Shown here piece after piece: positions 1 to 7,870 of a stretch of 32,000 nucleotides of DNA. The DNA lies in assembly GCF_000007145.1 (NCBI RefSeq), contig NC_003902.1, forward strand, positions 4,646,497 through 4,678,496, read 5' to 3'. The notes beneath the pieces were generated by a model, which saw only the letters and a program-made list of their open reading frames with translations, was not told the origin of the DNA and did not search any database. The position numbers and the translations under genes were made by a program. Numbering within the stretch: the first letter of the stretch is position 1; the number at the start of each line of letters is the position of its first letter. The DNA is from Xanthomonas campestris pv. campestris str. ATCC 33913. GTDB lineage: Bacteria > Pseudomonadota > Gammaproteobacteria > Xanthomonadales > Xanthomonadaceae.

Positions 1-738
1 CACCAGCGACAGCGGAATACGCCGCACACCGTAGGCGAACCCGATCAACGGCAAGGCCGTGACCACGCCGCCGAAGATCAGCATCGCATCGGTGCCCAGG
101 CTCCAGCTGCCGATAAAACCGCCGCCGTGGCCGTATTCGCCCCAGCCAACCAGCAGCAGTGCCGGCACGAACAGATACACGCTTTCCACGCCCAGGCCGG
201 CCACCGGATCCACCGCCACCAGTTTGCGCAGCAAGCCATACAACCCGAACGAACTCGCCAGCCCCAACGCGATCCACGGCGGCGCGCCCGCATCCAGCGT
301 CAGCCACAGCACGCCCAGCGCCGCGCATGCCACCGCCACCCATTGCAGACGCCGCAAGCGCTCCTTCAACACCACCACGCCCAGCAGCACGCTCAGCAGC
401 GGGTTGATGAAGTAGCCCAGGCTGCTCTCGATCACATGCCCGGCGTTGATTGCCCAGATATACAGGCCCCAGTTGAAGGCAATCGCCACGCTGCTGCCGG
501 CCAGCATCGCCAGCGCGCGCGGCTGCGCGGCGATCGTGCGCCACCAGCGCAAGCCGGAGGTGGCCACCAGCCACGCCACCACCAGCAGCGCACTCCAGAC
601 GATGCGATGGCCAATGATCTGCAGCGACGGCACCGCCTTGAGCACATGCCAGTACAGCGGAATCACGCCCCACAACACGAAGGTGGACGCGGTGATCAAC
701 AAACCGCGGCGCGCTTCGACCGGCGACACCGCGCTCAT
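1..738 (-). CDS. rarD: RarD-like EamA/DMT-family transporter (3' end lies outside the window)
   Basis: Not in the ORF track because it runs off the window. Reverse translation from ATG (rc of 736-738) gives MSAVSPVEARRGLLITASTFVLWGVIPLYWHVLKAVPSLQIIGHRIVWSALLV...GYFINPLLSVLLGVVVLKERL. This is a polytopic membrane protein with the RarD-type PLYW / GYFINPL signatures. Its start overlaps the stop of the upstream EamA gene (ATGA, 735-738). Confidence 0.8.
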   Translation of the reverse strand, partial: MSAVSPVEARRGLLITASTFVLWGVIPLYWHVLKAVPSLQIIGHRIVWSALLVVAWLVATSGLRWWRTIAAQPRALAMLAGSSVAIAFNWGLYIWAINAGHVIESSLGYFINPLLSVLLGVVVLKERLRRLQWVAVACAALGVLWLTLDAGAPPWIALGLASSFGLYGLLRKLVAVDPVAGLGVESVYLFVPALLLVGWGEYGHGGGFIGSWSLGTDAMLIFGGVVTALPLIGFAYGVRRIPLSLV

Positions 739-1637
739 CGGCGCGCCTTGGCAAGCGTCACCACCAGCACGCCGCACAGGATCACCGCCATTGCGCCGAT
801 ATCGTGCGCACTGAAACGTTCGTGGCCAAGCCAGGCGCCCAGGCTCACCGCAATCACCGGGTTGACGTACGCATAGCTGCCGGCCAGCGCCGGGCGCACG
901 TGATGCAACAGCCACACGTACGCTGTGAACGCCACGATCGAGCCGAACACGCACAGGTAGGCCACCGCCAGCAGGCCCTGCGTGGTGGGCCAGGCGTGCG
1001 GGCGTTCGCCCAGCAACAGGCCGGTGCTCACCAGCAACACGCCGCCGCACAGCATCTGCCCGGCGGCGGTCATGAACGGGGTCGGCAGATCACGCCCGCG
1101 CGACCACACCGAGCCGAATGCCCAGCCGATCGGCGCGATCAGCAACAACACCAGCCCGCCCGGCGTGGCGGTCAGGCTGCTGCCGGCATTGAGCCAGACC
1201 ACGCCAAGAAATCCGATCACGATGCCCAGCCATTCGCCGCGGCTGGCGTGCTGGCCGCGCAACGCGCCGAACAAGGCCATCCACAACGGCACCGATGCCA
1301 CCGCGGTCGCCGCCAGGCCCGACGACACGCTGCGCTCGGCCAGCACCACCATGCCGTTGCCCAACAGCAACAGCGCCGCGCCCATGAACGCCACATTCTT
1401 CCATTGCGCAGGCGTCGGTGCGGCCACGCCACGCCAGCGCAGCACCGCATACAACAGCGTGCCGGCAACGATGAAGCGCGCGCCGGACACCATCGTCAGC
1501 GGTTGCGCGCCGCCGGCCAGGGCGAAGCGGATCACCAGGTACGTCGAGCCCCACACCACGTAGACCAGCAGCAGCGCGAGAACGACCAACCCGTTGCGCG
1601 CAGGCGCAGGCGCGGCAGCGTTGTGAGAGGAAGACAT
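735..1637 (-). CDS. EamA/DMT-family permease
   Basis: Track ORF 735..1667. ATG at 1637 gives MSSSHNAAAPAPARNGLVVLALLLVYVVWGSTYLVIRFAL..., about 10 hydrophobic helices and an EamA-type duplicated architecture, with high GC3. The start is uncertain: TTG at 1667 is possible. Confidence 0.8.
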   Translation of the reverse strand: MSSSHNAAAPAPARNGLVVLALLLVYVVWGSTYLVIRFALAGGAQPLTMVSGARFIVAGTLLYAVLRWRGVAAPTPAQWKNVAFMGAALLLLGNGMVVLAERSVSSGLAATAVASVPLWMALFGALRGQHASRGEWLGIVIGFLGVVWLNAGSSLTATPGGLVLLLIAPIGWAFGSVWSRGRDLPTPFMTAAGQMLCGGVLLVSTGLLLGERPHAWPTTQGLLAVAYLCVFGSIVAFTAYVWLLHHVRPALAGSYAYVNPVIAVSLGAWLGHERFSAHDIGAMAVILCGVLVVTLAKARR

Positions 1638-1759
1638 CGGACAGGCCAAGTGCAGCGGAAGCTTCAATTCTAGAGCACCTGCACACGCCCTCGTGCCGCA
1701 TGCGCTCGCCTGCCGCGCACGTTATGGTGCCTACCGACTCTCATCACGATGGAATGCTT

Positions 1760-2283
1760 ATGCAGCGTCGCATCACCTTGCTGGCTCTGGCCGCCCTGAG
1801 CCTGCTCTCCACCACTGCAGCGGCGCGCACGCCCGAGCCTGGGAACTCACCGGGCAGACGCTGATCGATGCCGGACTGGACGGTTCGCTGGCACCGGAAA
1901 TCGACGCACCCGGGCAGCCCGAACTCAAGGTCATGGTCTCGGCCAGCCGCGCTGGCGCGTACGTACTCGGCGTCGCCAGCACCGGCTATCGCACCAAGTG
2001 GTGCATGCCCGCAGGCAAGGCCGGCCCGCCAGACTTGCAGGCGATCATTGCCGATCTTGCGGCGCTGCCGTTGAAGCGTCTGGAAGAGCCCGCTCCGGGC
2101 CTGATCCTGCAGGCGCTGGCCAAACGCTATCCGTGCAGCGGCGCGCGCGCCAAGGGTGCGGCGGGCAACGCGCAGCGCAATCCGGCAAGCCTTAGAACAG
2201 CTCACAAAACGACTGCGCTCACCACCAGACGGGCGTGGCCGGTGCTCGGTGCGGCATGTACCACTCGTCCATTGCGGTTCTGA
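1760..2283 (+). pseudogene. Secreted hypothetical protein, apparently frameshifted after the signal peptide
   Basis: ATG at 1760 opens a Sec-type signal peptide (MQRRITLLALAALSLLSTTAAA), but that frame stops at 1862-1864. The high-GC3 body (WELTGQTLIDAGLDGSLAPEIDAPGQPELKVMVSASRAGAYVLGVASTGYRTKWCMPAGK...) runs in the frame of track ORF 1693..2283, from TGG at 1840. One missing base around 1826-1840 would join the two frames. The last ~90 nt lose GC3 bias. Confidence 0.4.
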
Positions 2284-2417
2284 ACGCGCCATCCACGCCT
2301 ATCTAACGACTGCTCGCTACGTTTTGTTTGGTCTTCGCGGATCAGTTTGGGTGCGATGAAAGTTTTCTCCGGTAGCGGCGGCAGGAAGGCAGGGTGGCAC
2401 CGGATTTTTAGTGCGAG

Positions 2418-2446
2418 TTGACAGCGGTTAATATCCGCATTACGTT
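2418..2446 (+). promoter_or_regulatory. Candidate sigma70-type promoter (TTGACA-17 nt-TACGTT) for the 2604 operon
   Basis: TTGACA at 2418-2423, a 17-nt spacer, then TACGTT at 2441-2446. It sits in an AT-rich stretch (22/60 GC in 2401-2460), about 160 nt upstream of the 2604 ATG. Confidence 0.3.
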
Positions 2447-2455
2447 TTAATTATT

Positions 2456-2471
2456 GAGATTAGCTAATCTC
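2456..2471. promoter_or_regulatory. Perfect 16-bp palindrome GAGATTAGCTAATCTC (candidate operator)
   Basis: The sequence equals its own reverse complement. It lies 10 nt downstream of the candidate -10 element, where a repressor would block initiation. Confidence 0.35.
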
Positions 2472-2603
2472 GGTGCATCAATCCCGTATGCGGCACACGC
2501 CGCACCAACCGGCCATTCGACCAATCCGATGATGAAATTTCCTGGATATAGTGAATTCACACCGTGTCAGATATTTGTAATTTGATAACGCTGGAGTCGT
2601 CTC

Positions 2604-3209
2604 ATGCGCAAATGGATGCTGCTGCTTGGAGTTGCACTCAGCTATACAGCCAGCCCGGGACATGCCCAGGTATACACGCCAACAAATCTGGGCGATTGTA
2701 TCGACATCATGGCGTGGAATTCTCAACTTCTGCTTGGCCAGCTTGCTAGCCATACCAAAGGTCGCTACTACGGCAGTCCATCCCGACTAGACCCGGTATC
2801 GCTCTCAATCTACGTTGAGCCATACTCTTGCGACGCGGATGCACCAAGCTATTCCGGGGCACCGAAGACCACAGGTATCCTGGCCCATGAGCTGGGTCAT
2901 TTTGCTGCGGGTATTCCCAACGTAACCCCTCCGCTCACCAAGACCGAGTACGTTGAACGCCTATGCGTGTGGGAAGCGCAAGCGGCCTCCAACAATTTCA
3001 AGGCCAGTAGCGAGATTTATCAGGCTACAGCCGGATACCTCGACGTGCCCCTGATCGCGCAGAACGCCTCCGTCATAGAACCATTGATCGCCGGTAACTC
3101 GCCGCTGATTGATATCGGCAATGCCTTTTGCGATGGCAACACTAATTCGTCCGGGAAGACGTACAGGAAATTCTATGAGGATGACTACGATGCACGCTAC
3201 CCCTGGTAA
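2604..3209 (+). CDS. Secreted HExxH protein (putative small zinc metallopeptidase, gluzincin-like)
   Basis: Track ORF 2604..3209. GGAG (2593-2596) lies 7 nt before the ATG. The signal peptide is MRKWMLLLGVALSYTASPGHA-QV. The motif is ILAHELGHF, with Glu residues 16, 19 and 25 positions after the second His (EYVERLCVWE). GC is lower than in the flanks. I recognise no named family. Confidence 0.7.
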   Translation: MRKWMLLLGVALSYTASPGHAQVYTPTNLGDCIDIMAWNSQLLLGQLASHTKGRYYGSPSRLDPVSLSIYVEPYSCDADAPSYSGAPKTTGILAHELGHFAAGIPNVTPPLTKTEYVERLCVWEAQAASNNFKASSEIYQATAGYLDVPLIAQNASVIEPLIAGNSPLIDIGNAFCDGNTNSSGKTYRKFYEDDYDARYPW

Positions 3210-3834
3210 CGGCCCAGCCGCGCGGAAGAACGCACTTGTTATGGCTGCAGTTGTGATCGCGCTGCTCATGCAGAACAGAGCATCAGCTGTGGACAAGGAC
3301 CGTCCTGCTTCAACGGCTTCCACCCAGGGGCAGGCACTTAACTACATTGAAAGATTGGCAGCAACCCGAAACGCTGGAGCAGGCGTCTTGCTCGCCGAAG
3401 TGGGTGCAAATGTGTCGGTGGCATCCGCTGACAAGGCACAGGGAGGATATTTGCCGGCAAAGACAAGCACTTTCGGAAACATCCGCTTAAGTACTGCAGT
3501 AACTCCGCAATCTGACACGAACCCAACGGTACTTTTGACCTTCGAGGGCGGTTGCGTGAAGCGCGAGCAGGCACGGCAACGGTTCCAGTTCAAAGAGGTT
3601 GTGGCATCCCCTGGCCCAGAAGACTTGCATCCGGTTGTCGGTTACGGCTTCTATCTGCAGGGATCTGCCGTCTCGCTGTACTTCGACACCACGCGAAGCA
3701 ACTGCCTGACTGCGGCCAGGATTGAGGCGCCATCGGCTCTGACTGAGCTGTTCCGCAAACGTGACGAGCAAACACGTCGCCTTGAGGAAAGCAAAGCCTT
3801 CAAACGTGCCCAGCAGGGACCCGCGCGTCAATAA
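3175..3834 (+). CDS. Secreted hypothetical protein that overlaps and is probably co-transcribed with the HExxH gene
   Basis: Track ORF 3109..3834. AGGAAA lies 5 nt before ATG 3175; ATGs at 3181 and 3190 are alternatives. The signal peptide is ...KNALVMAAVVIALLMQNRASA-VD. The gene overlaps the upstream gene by about 20-35 nt. No family recognised. Confidence 0.65.
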   Translation: MRMTTMHATPGNGPAARKNALVMAAVVIALLMQNRASAVDKDRPASTASTQGQALNYIERLAATRNAGAGVLLAEVGANVSVASADKAQGGYLPAKTSTFGNIRLSTAVTPQSDTNPTVLLTFEGGCVKREQARQRFQFKEVVASPGPEDLHPVVGYGFYLQGSAVSLYFDTTRSNCLTAARIEAPSALTELFRKRDEQTRRLEESKAFKRAQQGPARQ

Positions 3835-3959
3835 CAGCCTTCGCCGCAAGCGGTTGGGACTGCCCGAGCGCTTACGGAATGCCGCAGGGATGGTGCCGAG
3901 AATGGCCTCTCTTGCATGATATTGCGCGCTAAGGCTTGGACCACGCAGATCCGTCCTTT

Positions 3960-4690
3960 CTCATGATTGCGGTGCCACTACGATGGCGATCTCAATCATG
4001 TGCTGCTCAGCAATCCAACGGCACTTGGTCCCCACTGTGACCCAGCCCGGGCCGCCAAACGAACGTCTGGTACAGCGCTAAGTCGTTTCCGGCGCAGGCC
4101 CTGCTTCCAGCGCTCAAAGAACGCCCTGGCACCGCGTTCGCTGCGGTAGCTCCACAATTGGCCGAACGACCCCTTCAGCCGTACGCCGTGTTCAGGCACT
4201 TGTAGGCCGCCAGCAGCCTCGCCAGCGCCTCGCGCTCATCCAGGGTCAGGTTCTACCGGCCCGACGGCTGGGTGTAGCGCTGGCCTTGATGTAGCCACGT
4301 TCCATGCCCTGCAAGCGCTTGTACTCGTCGCGCCTGATCTGATCCGACGCATCGGACAGGTGGCGCATGATGTGAAACTTATCGACACGATGGGCGCTCC
4401 TCAGGCGTTCTGCCCACCGAGGCCCCGGAACGGGCGCCAAATATCCATCACCGCCAGCCCGATGGACGCGGATTTTTCGGCCCCAGATCGGCGAAGAACT
4501 GGCCTATGTTTGCCTCCGTGTGACCGCTGCCGCCGAACCAGATCGGCCGGCCGCGTTTCAGGTCGCTGACCACACTCGGTAGTCACGGCCCTTGTGGATA
4601 GCGATTTCGTCGATCCCGATGGCCTGTGGTGCATGCATCCCGGCCCGACGCACCTGCTCGGTCATGCAAGCTCACGATCCGAACCTTCGG
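3960..4690 (-). mobile_element. ISL3-family transposase gene remnant (5'-truncated, multiple frameshifts)
   Basis: Minus-strand fragments in different frames: MTEQVRRAGMHAPQAIGIDEIAIHKGRDYRV (from 4665), GLAVMDIWRPF, DKFHIMRHLSDASDQIRRDEYKRLQGMERGYIK, NLTLDEREALARLLAAYKCLNTAYG, and LKGSFGQLWSYRSERGARAFFERWKQGLRRKRL. Their order and motifs match ISL3 transposases (IGIDE..KG..Y, AVxMDMW.pF, DkFH, IKGqrYtLL, LNTAYLLKESFGQLW). There are at least four frame breaks. I found no N-terminal third and no inverted repeats. Confidence 0.7.
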
Positions 4691-5025
4691 ATCGCCGAAC
4701 ACACCCGTGAGCGTGCTCGGCGCCACAAAGACGGAGAAGGAGAACAGATCACCTAGGGTGCGGCCAGATTTCATGCCTGAATCTACTCCCTCAAGTCGGT
4801 ACAAGGCGCGTCACCTTTACATCGCAACAAAGTGCTTACTTCCAAGGACCGAGGCTGCATCAACTCGCCGAACACACCCACACGATTCCGCGATGAGCCC
4901 GTTCTGTTAGCCGCTCCTCGAGCAGGTCCGTCGGCAGCCATTCAACACCTGAGGGTTGACCGCAACACCGGGCATTCGAATTGCGCTCGGCTGGTCGACG
5001 GCGCAATGTCCGCACCACTGCGCGC

Positions 5026-6678
5026 TTACTTGCGCGCCGCATCACTCTTGCTGCGGATCGCCTTGAATTCCGAACCGTCCTGCCAGCTCGGCCATTGGCG
5101 GTTGTTGGCCAGCGCCACGCCCACGTCATAGGCCAGCGTGGTGTCGGCCGCATGGCCGCTGGCATCCCATTGCGGGGTCCAGCGATCGCAGGGTTGGTGA
5201 TAGCACTGCGCAAAGTAGGTATCGCGCAGCGCCTTGCCGGCAGCCACACCACCGTCGAGCATGTCCAGGCCCGGGCCTGCGGTGATCGCCGGCACACCCA
5301 TGCGGGCAAACGCGAAATGATCGGCGCGGTAGAAGAAGCCCGCTTCCAGATTCGGGTCCGGCGAATACGTGCGCCCACGCGCCTTGGCCGCCTGTTCCAG
5401 ATCGCCCTCCAGCGAGACCCGCCCACGGCCCCACGAGGCGATGTCGCGGGTCGGGCCATTCGGGCTGAACATCTCCATGTTGAGCACCGCCACGGTCTTG
5501 TCCAACGGCGCCAGCGGATGTGCCGCGTAGTAGTTGGCACCCAGCAGGCCCTTCTCTTCGGCAGTCAACGCAATGAAGTACAGCGTGCGCTGCGGTCTGG
5601 GGCCGGCGGCGAATACGCGCGCCAGTTCCAGCACGCTGGCCACGCCGGTGGCGTTGTCCACCGCACCGCGCCGGATCGTGTCGCCGCTTGCATCGGCCTT
5701 GCCAACGCCAAACGCATCCCAGTGCGCGGAGAAGATCACCGTCTCATCCGGATGTTGGCTACCGGTGAGCTTGCCCACCACGTTGTGGGTCACCACCCGC
5801 TCGCGCTTGAGCTTGAAGTCTACCGACAGGCGCGCATCGCCCAGCGCGATCGGTGCGAAGTCGCGCTGCTGCGCACGCTGCTTGGCCTGCTCGAAATCCA
5901 GGCCGGCGCGCTGGAACAACGATTCCGCCAACGCACGCTGCATCCAGCCACGTACCGACACGTGCTGCGCGCGGGCGTCGGCATCGCTGCGTTCGATATC
6001 GAACAGCGGCGACAGGCCGGAGCTCTGCACCGTGGCCCAGCCATACGCGGCCGGCGCGGTCTCGTGCACGATCAACACACCGGCCGCGCCGCGGCGCGCG
6101 GCTTCTTCGTACTTGTAGGTCCAGCGGCCGTAGTAGGTCACCGCCTTGCCGTCGAACGCGCCCGGCTGCGGCGTATCGAAGTCGGCATCGTTGATCAGCA
6201 CCACCGCGATCTTGCCGCGCAGGTCCACGCCCTTGTAGTCGTCCCACTGCCGTTCCGGCGCGCTGATGCCGTAGCCCACGAACACCAGCGGTGCATTCTT
6301 CAATGCCACCGTGTCGATCGGCCGCAGGCTCTGCAAGGTCACATCGGTGCCGTTGACCAGAGATTGGTCCTTGCCGCCCACATGCAACGTCGCGCGGACC
6401 GGCCCATCCACCTGCGCACGCACCAGCGGCACCGCCTGGGTCCACCCGCCCTGCTCGCCACCGGGCTGCACCCCTGCGGCCTTGAATTGCTCGACCAAAT
6501 AATCCACGGTGCGCTGCTCGCCGGTGCTGGCCGGTGCACGCCCTTCAAAATCGTCGGACGCCAGCAGGCGCACATGCCGCGACAGCGCTTCGGCATCGAT
6601 CCCGCCGCCGGGCAGATCGTTGGCGGCCTGCGCCACGCCTCCCACAAACAGGCAGGCGGACAACAGCAGGATGCGCAT
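5026..6678 (-). CDS. Secreted M28-family aminopeptidase with PA domain
   Basis: Track ORF 5026..6834. ATG at 6678 gives MRILLLSACLFVGGVAQA (signal peptide). It contains a PA-domain-like insert and M28 motifs (SAHWDAFG..., RGAVDNATGVASVLELAR, ALTAEEKGLLGA, FYRADHFAFARMGVP). Confidence 0.9.
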   Translation of the reverse strand: MRILLLSACLFVGGVAQAANDLPGGGIDAEALSRHVRLLASDDFEGRAPASTGEQRTVDYLVEQFKAAGVQPGGEQGGWTQAVPLVRAQVDGPVRATLHVGGKDQSLVNGTDVTLQSLRPIDTVALKNAPLVFVGYGISAPERQWDDYKGVDLRGKIAVVLINDADFDTPQPGAFDGKAVTYYGRWTYKYEEAARRGAAGVLIVHETAPAAYGWATVQSSGLSPLFDIERSDADARAQHVSVRGWMQRALAESLFQRAGLDFEQAKQRAQQRDFAPIALGDARLSVDFKLKRERVVTHNVVGKLTGSQHPDETVIFSAHWDAFGVGKADASGDTIRRGAVDNATGVASVLELARVFAAGPRPQRTLYFIALTAEEKGLLGANYYAAHPLAPLDKTVAVLNMEMFSPNGPTRDIASWGRGRVSLEGDLEQAAKARGRTYSPDPNLEAGFFYRADHFAFARMGVPAITAGPGLDMLDGGVAAGKALRDTYFAQCYHQPCDRWTPQWDASGHAADTTLAYDVGVALANNRQWPSWQDGSEFKAIRSKSDAARK

Positions 6679-6842
6679 CGGATTCACGGCGTGGCCTTGC
6701 AACTCAAAGATGACCGACAGTTTACAAAGCGCGCGCGCAAAACCGTAGCGCTGTGTTGCTGCGTGATATGGGCAAGCGTGCTGCGCAGTGATTCGCACGC
6801 GGTTGCCGCCACTTGCAGCGCAACCACACGCCATACGCTGCC

Positions 6843-7787
6843 TCAGCCCGCGCGCACCGGCCGGTCCAGCCAGCAGGCCAATCCCTGCGCATTGAGTTCG
6901 ATATCGGTGGCCAGCAAGTGCTCCACCGCGGCATCGTCCAATGGGCAGCCATGCTGGCGTGCGCGCTCCAGGTAGAGCGCGGTCAATGCGGCCACCAGGC
7001 AGCGATGGCGGTCGGCACGCTCGGCACAGCCGTGCGCGATCTCGGTCATCGCATGGATCTGCTGCACCAGCGCCTGCGCCAATCGCTGCGGATGGGTCAC
7101 GCGACCATAGTGGGTGAGATACATCGCCTCTGGCGCCATTGCCATCAGCCGTGCGATGGACTGCAGCATGGTGTCGGGCTCGAACTGCACCGGCGATGAG
7201 GTCGGCAGGATGAAGGCGCCCTGCGCGCTATCGAGCTGGCGATACGACAAACCGAAGGTGTCGCCGGTGAACCAGCTGCGGCTGCGCGCATCCCACAGGC
7301 ACAGGTGATGCCGCGCATGCCCGGGCGTGTCGATGCACTGCAACGCACGTGTACCCAACAGCAGCGTGTGCCCGTCCGGTGCCTGCACCACGCGTTCGGC
7401 CGGCACCGGCAGGATCTCGCCATAACTGCGCGCCAGCGCTTCGGCGCCATAGACGGCGGTGGCGCCGGCAATCAGACGCGCCGGATCGATCATATGCGGC
7501 GCACCGCGCGGATGCACCAGCACGCGCGCATTGGGCAGGTGCTGCAGCAAGGCACCGGCGCCGCCAGCATGATCCAGGTGCACGTGGGTCAGGATCAACC
7601 ACTCCACCTGCGCCGGCGTCAGCCCGCCATGAGTCAACGCCGCCAACATGTGCGGCACCGACAGACTGGTGCCGCAATCGACAAATGCGCCGCGTTGTTC
7701 GTCGACGATCAGGTAGGCGGCATCGAAGTTCGCGCCGCCAAAGCCGGTGTCGATGGTCTGGATGCCATGCTCGACGGGTTCTGTCAT
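6843..7787 (-). CDS. MBL-fold metallo-hydrolase
   Basis: Track ORF 6843..7796. It has the THVHLDHAGG motif, a downstream TPGHARHH, and a C-terminal helical domain. ATG 7787 (MTEPVEHG) or GTG 7796 could be the start. Confidence 0.85.
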   Translation of the reverse strand: MTEPVEHGIQTIDTGFGGANFDAAYLIVDEQRGAFVDCGTSLSVPHMLAALTHGGLTPAQVEWLILTHVHLDHAGGAGALLQHLPNARVLVHPRGAPHMIDPARLIAGATAVYGAEALARSYGEILPVPAERVVQAPDGHTLLLGTRALQCIDTPGHARHHLCLWDARSRSWFTGDTFGLSYRQLDSAQGAFILPTSSPVQFEPDTMLQSIARLMAMAPEAMYLTHYGRVTHPQRLAQALVQQIHAMTEIAHGCAERADRHRCLVAALTALYLERARQHGCPLDDAAVEHLLATDIELNAQGLACWLDRPVRAG

Positions 7788-7870
7788 GCCCACCACACGA
7801 TTGCCATGCGCAGCCTCAAGTGTAGACGCGTGCGCAGCGGGCCGCTGTGGACCACGTCAAGCGGCGACAA

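Noticed and set aside
2478-2753. 91-aa minus-strand ORF overlapping the start of the HExxH gene
   Set aside because: It overlaps a better-supported plus-strand gene that has an SD and a signal peptide. It has no features of its own.
4981-6975. 664-aa plus-strand ORF, the longest in the track
   Set aside because: It lies antisense to the well-supported M28 peptidase gene. Its translation is Arg/Gly/His/Gln-rich with no motifs, the typical shadow ORF of high-GC DNA.
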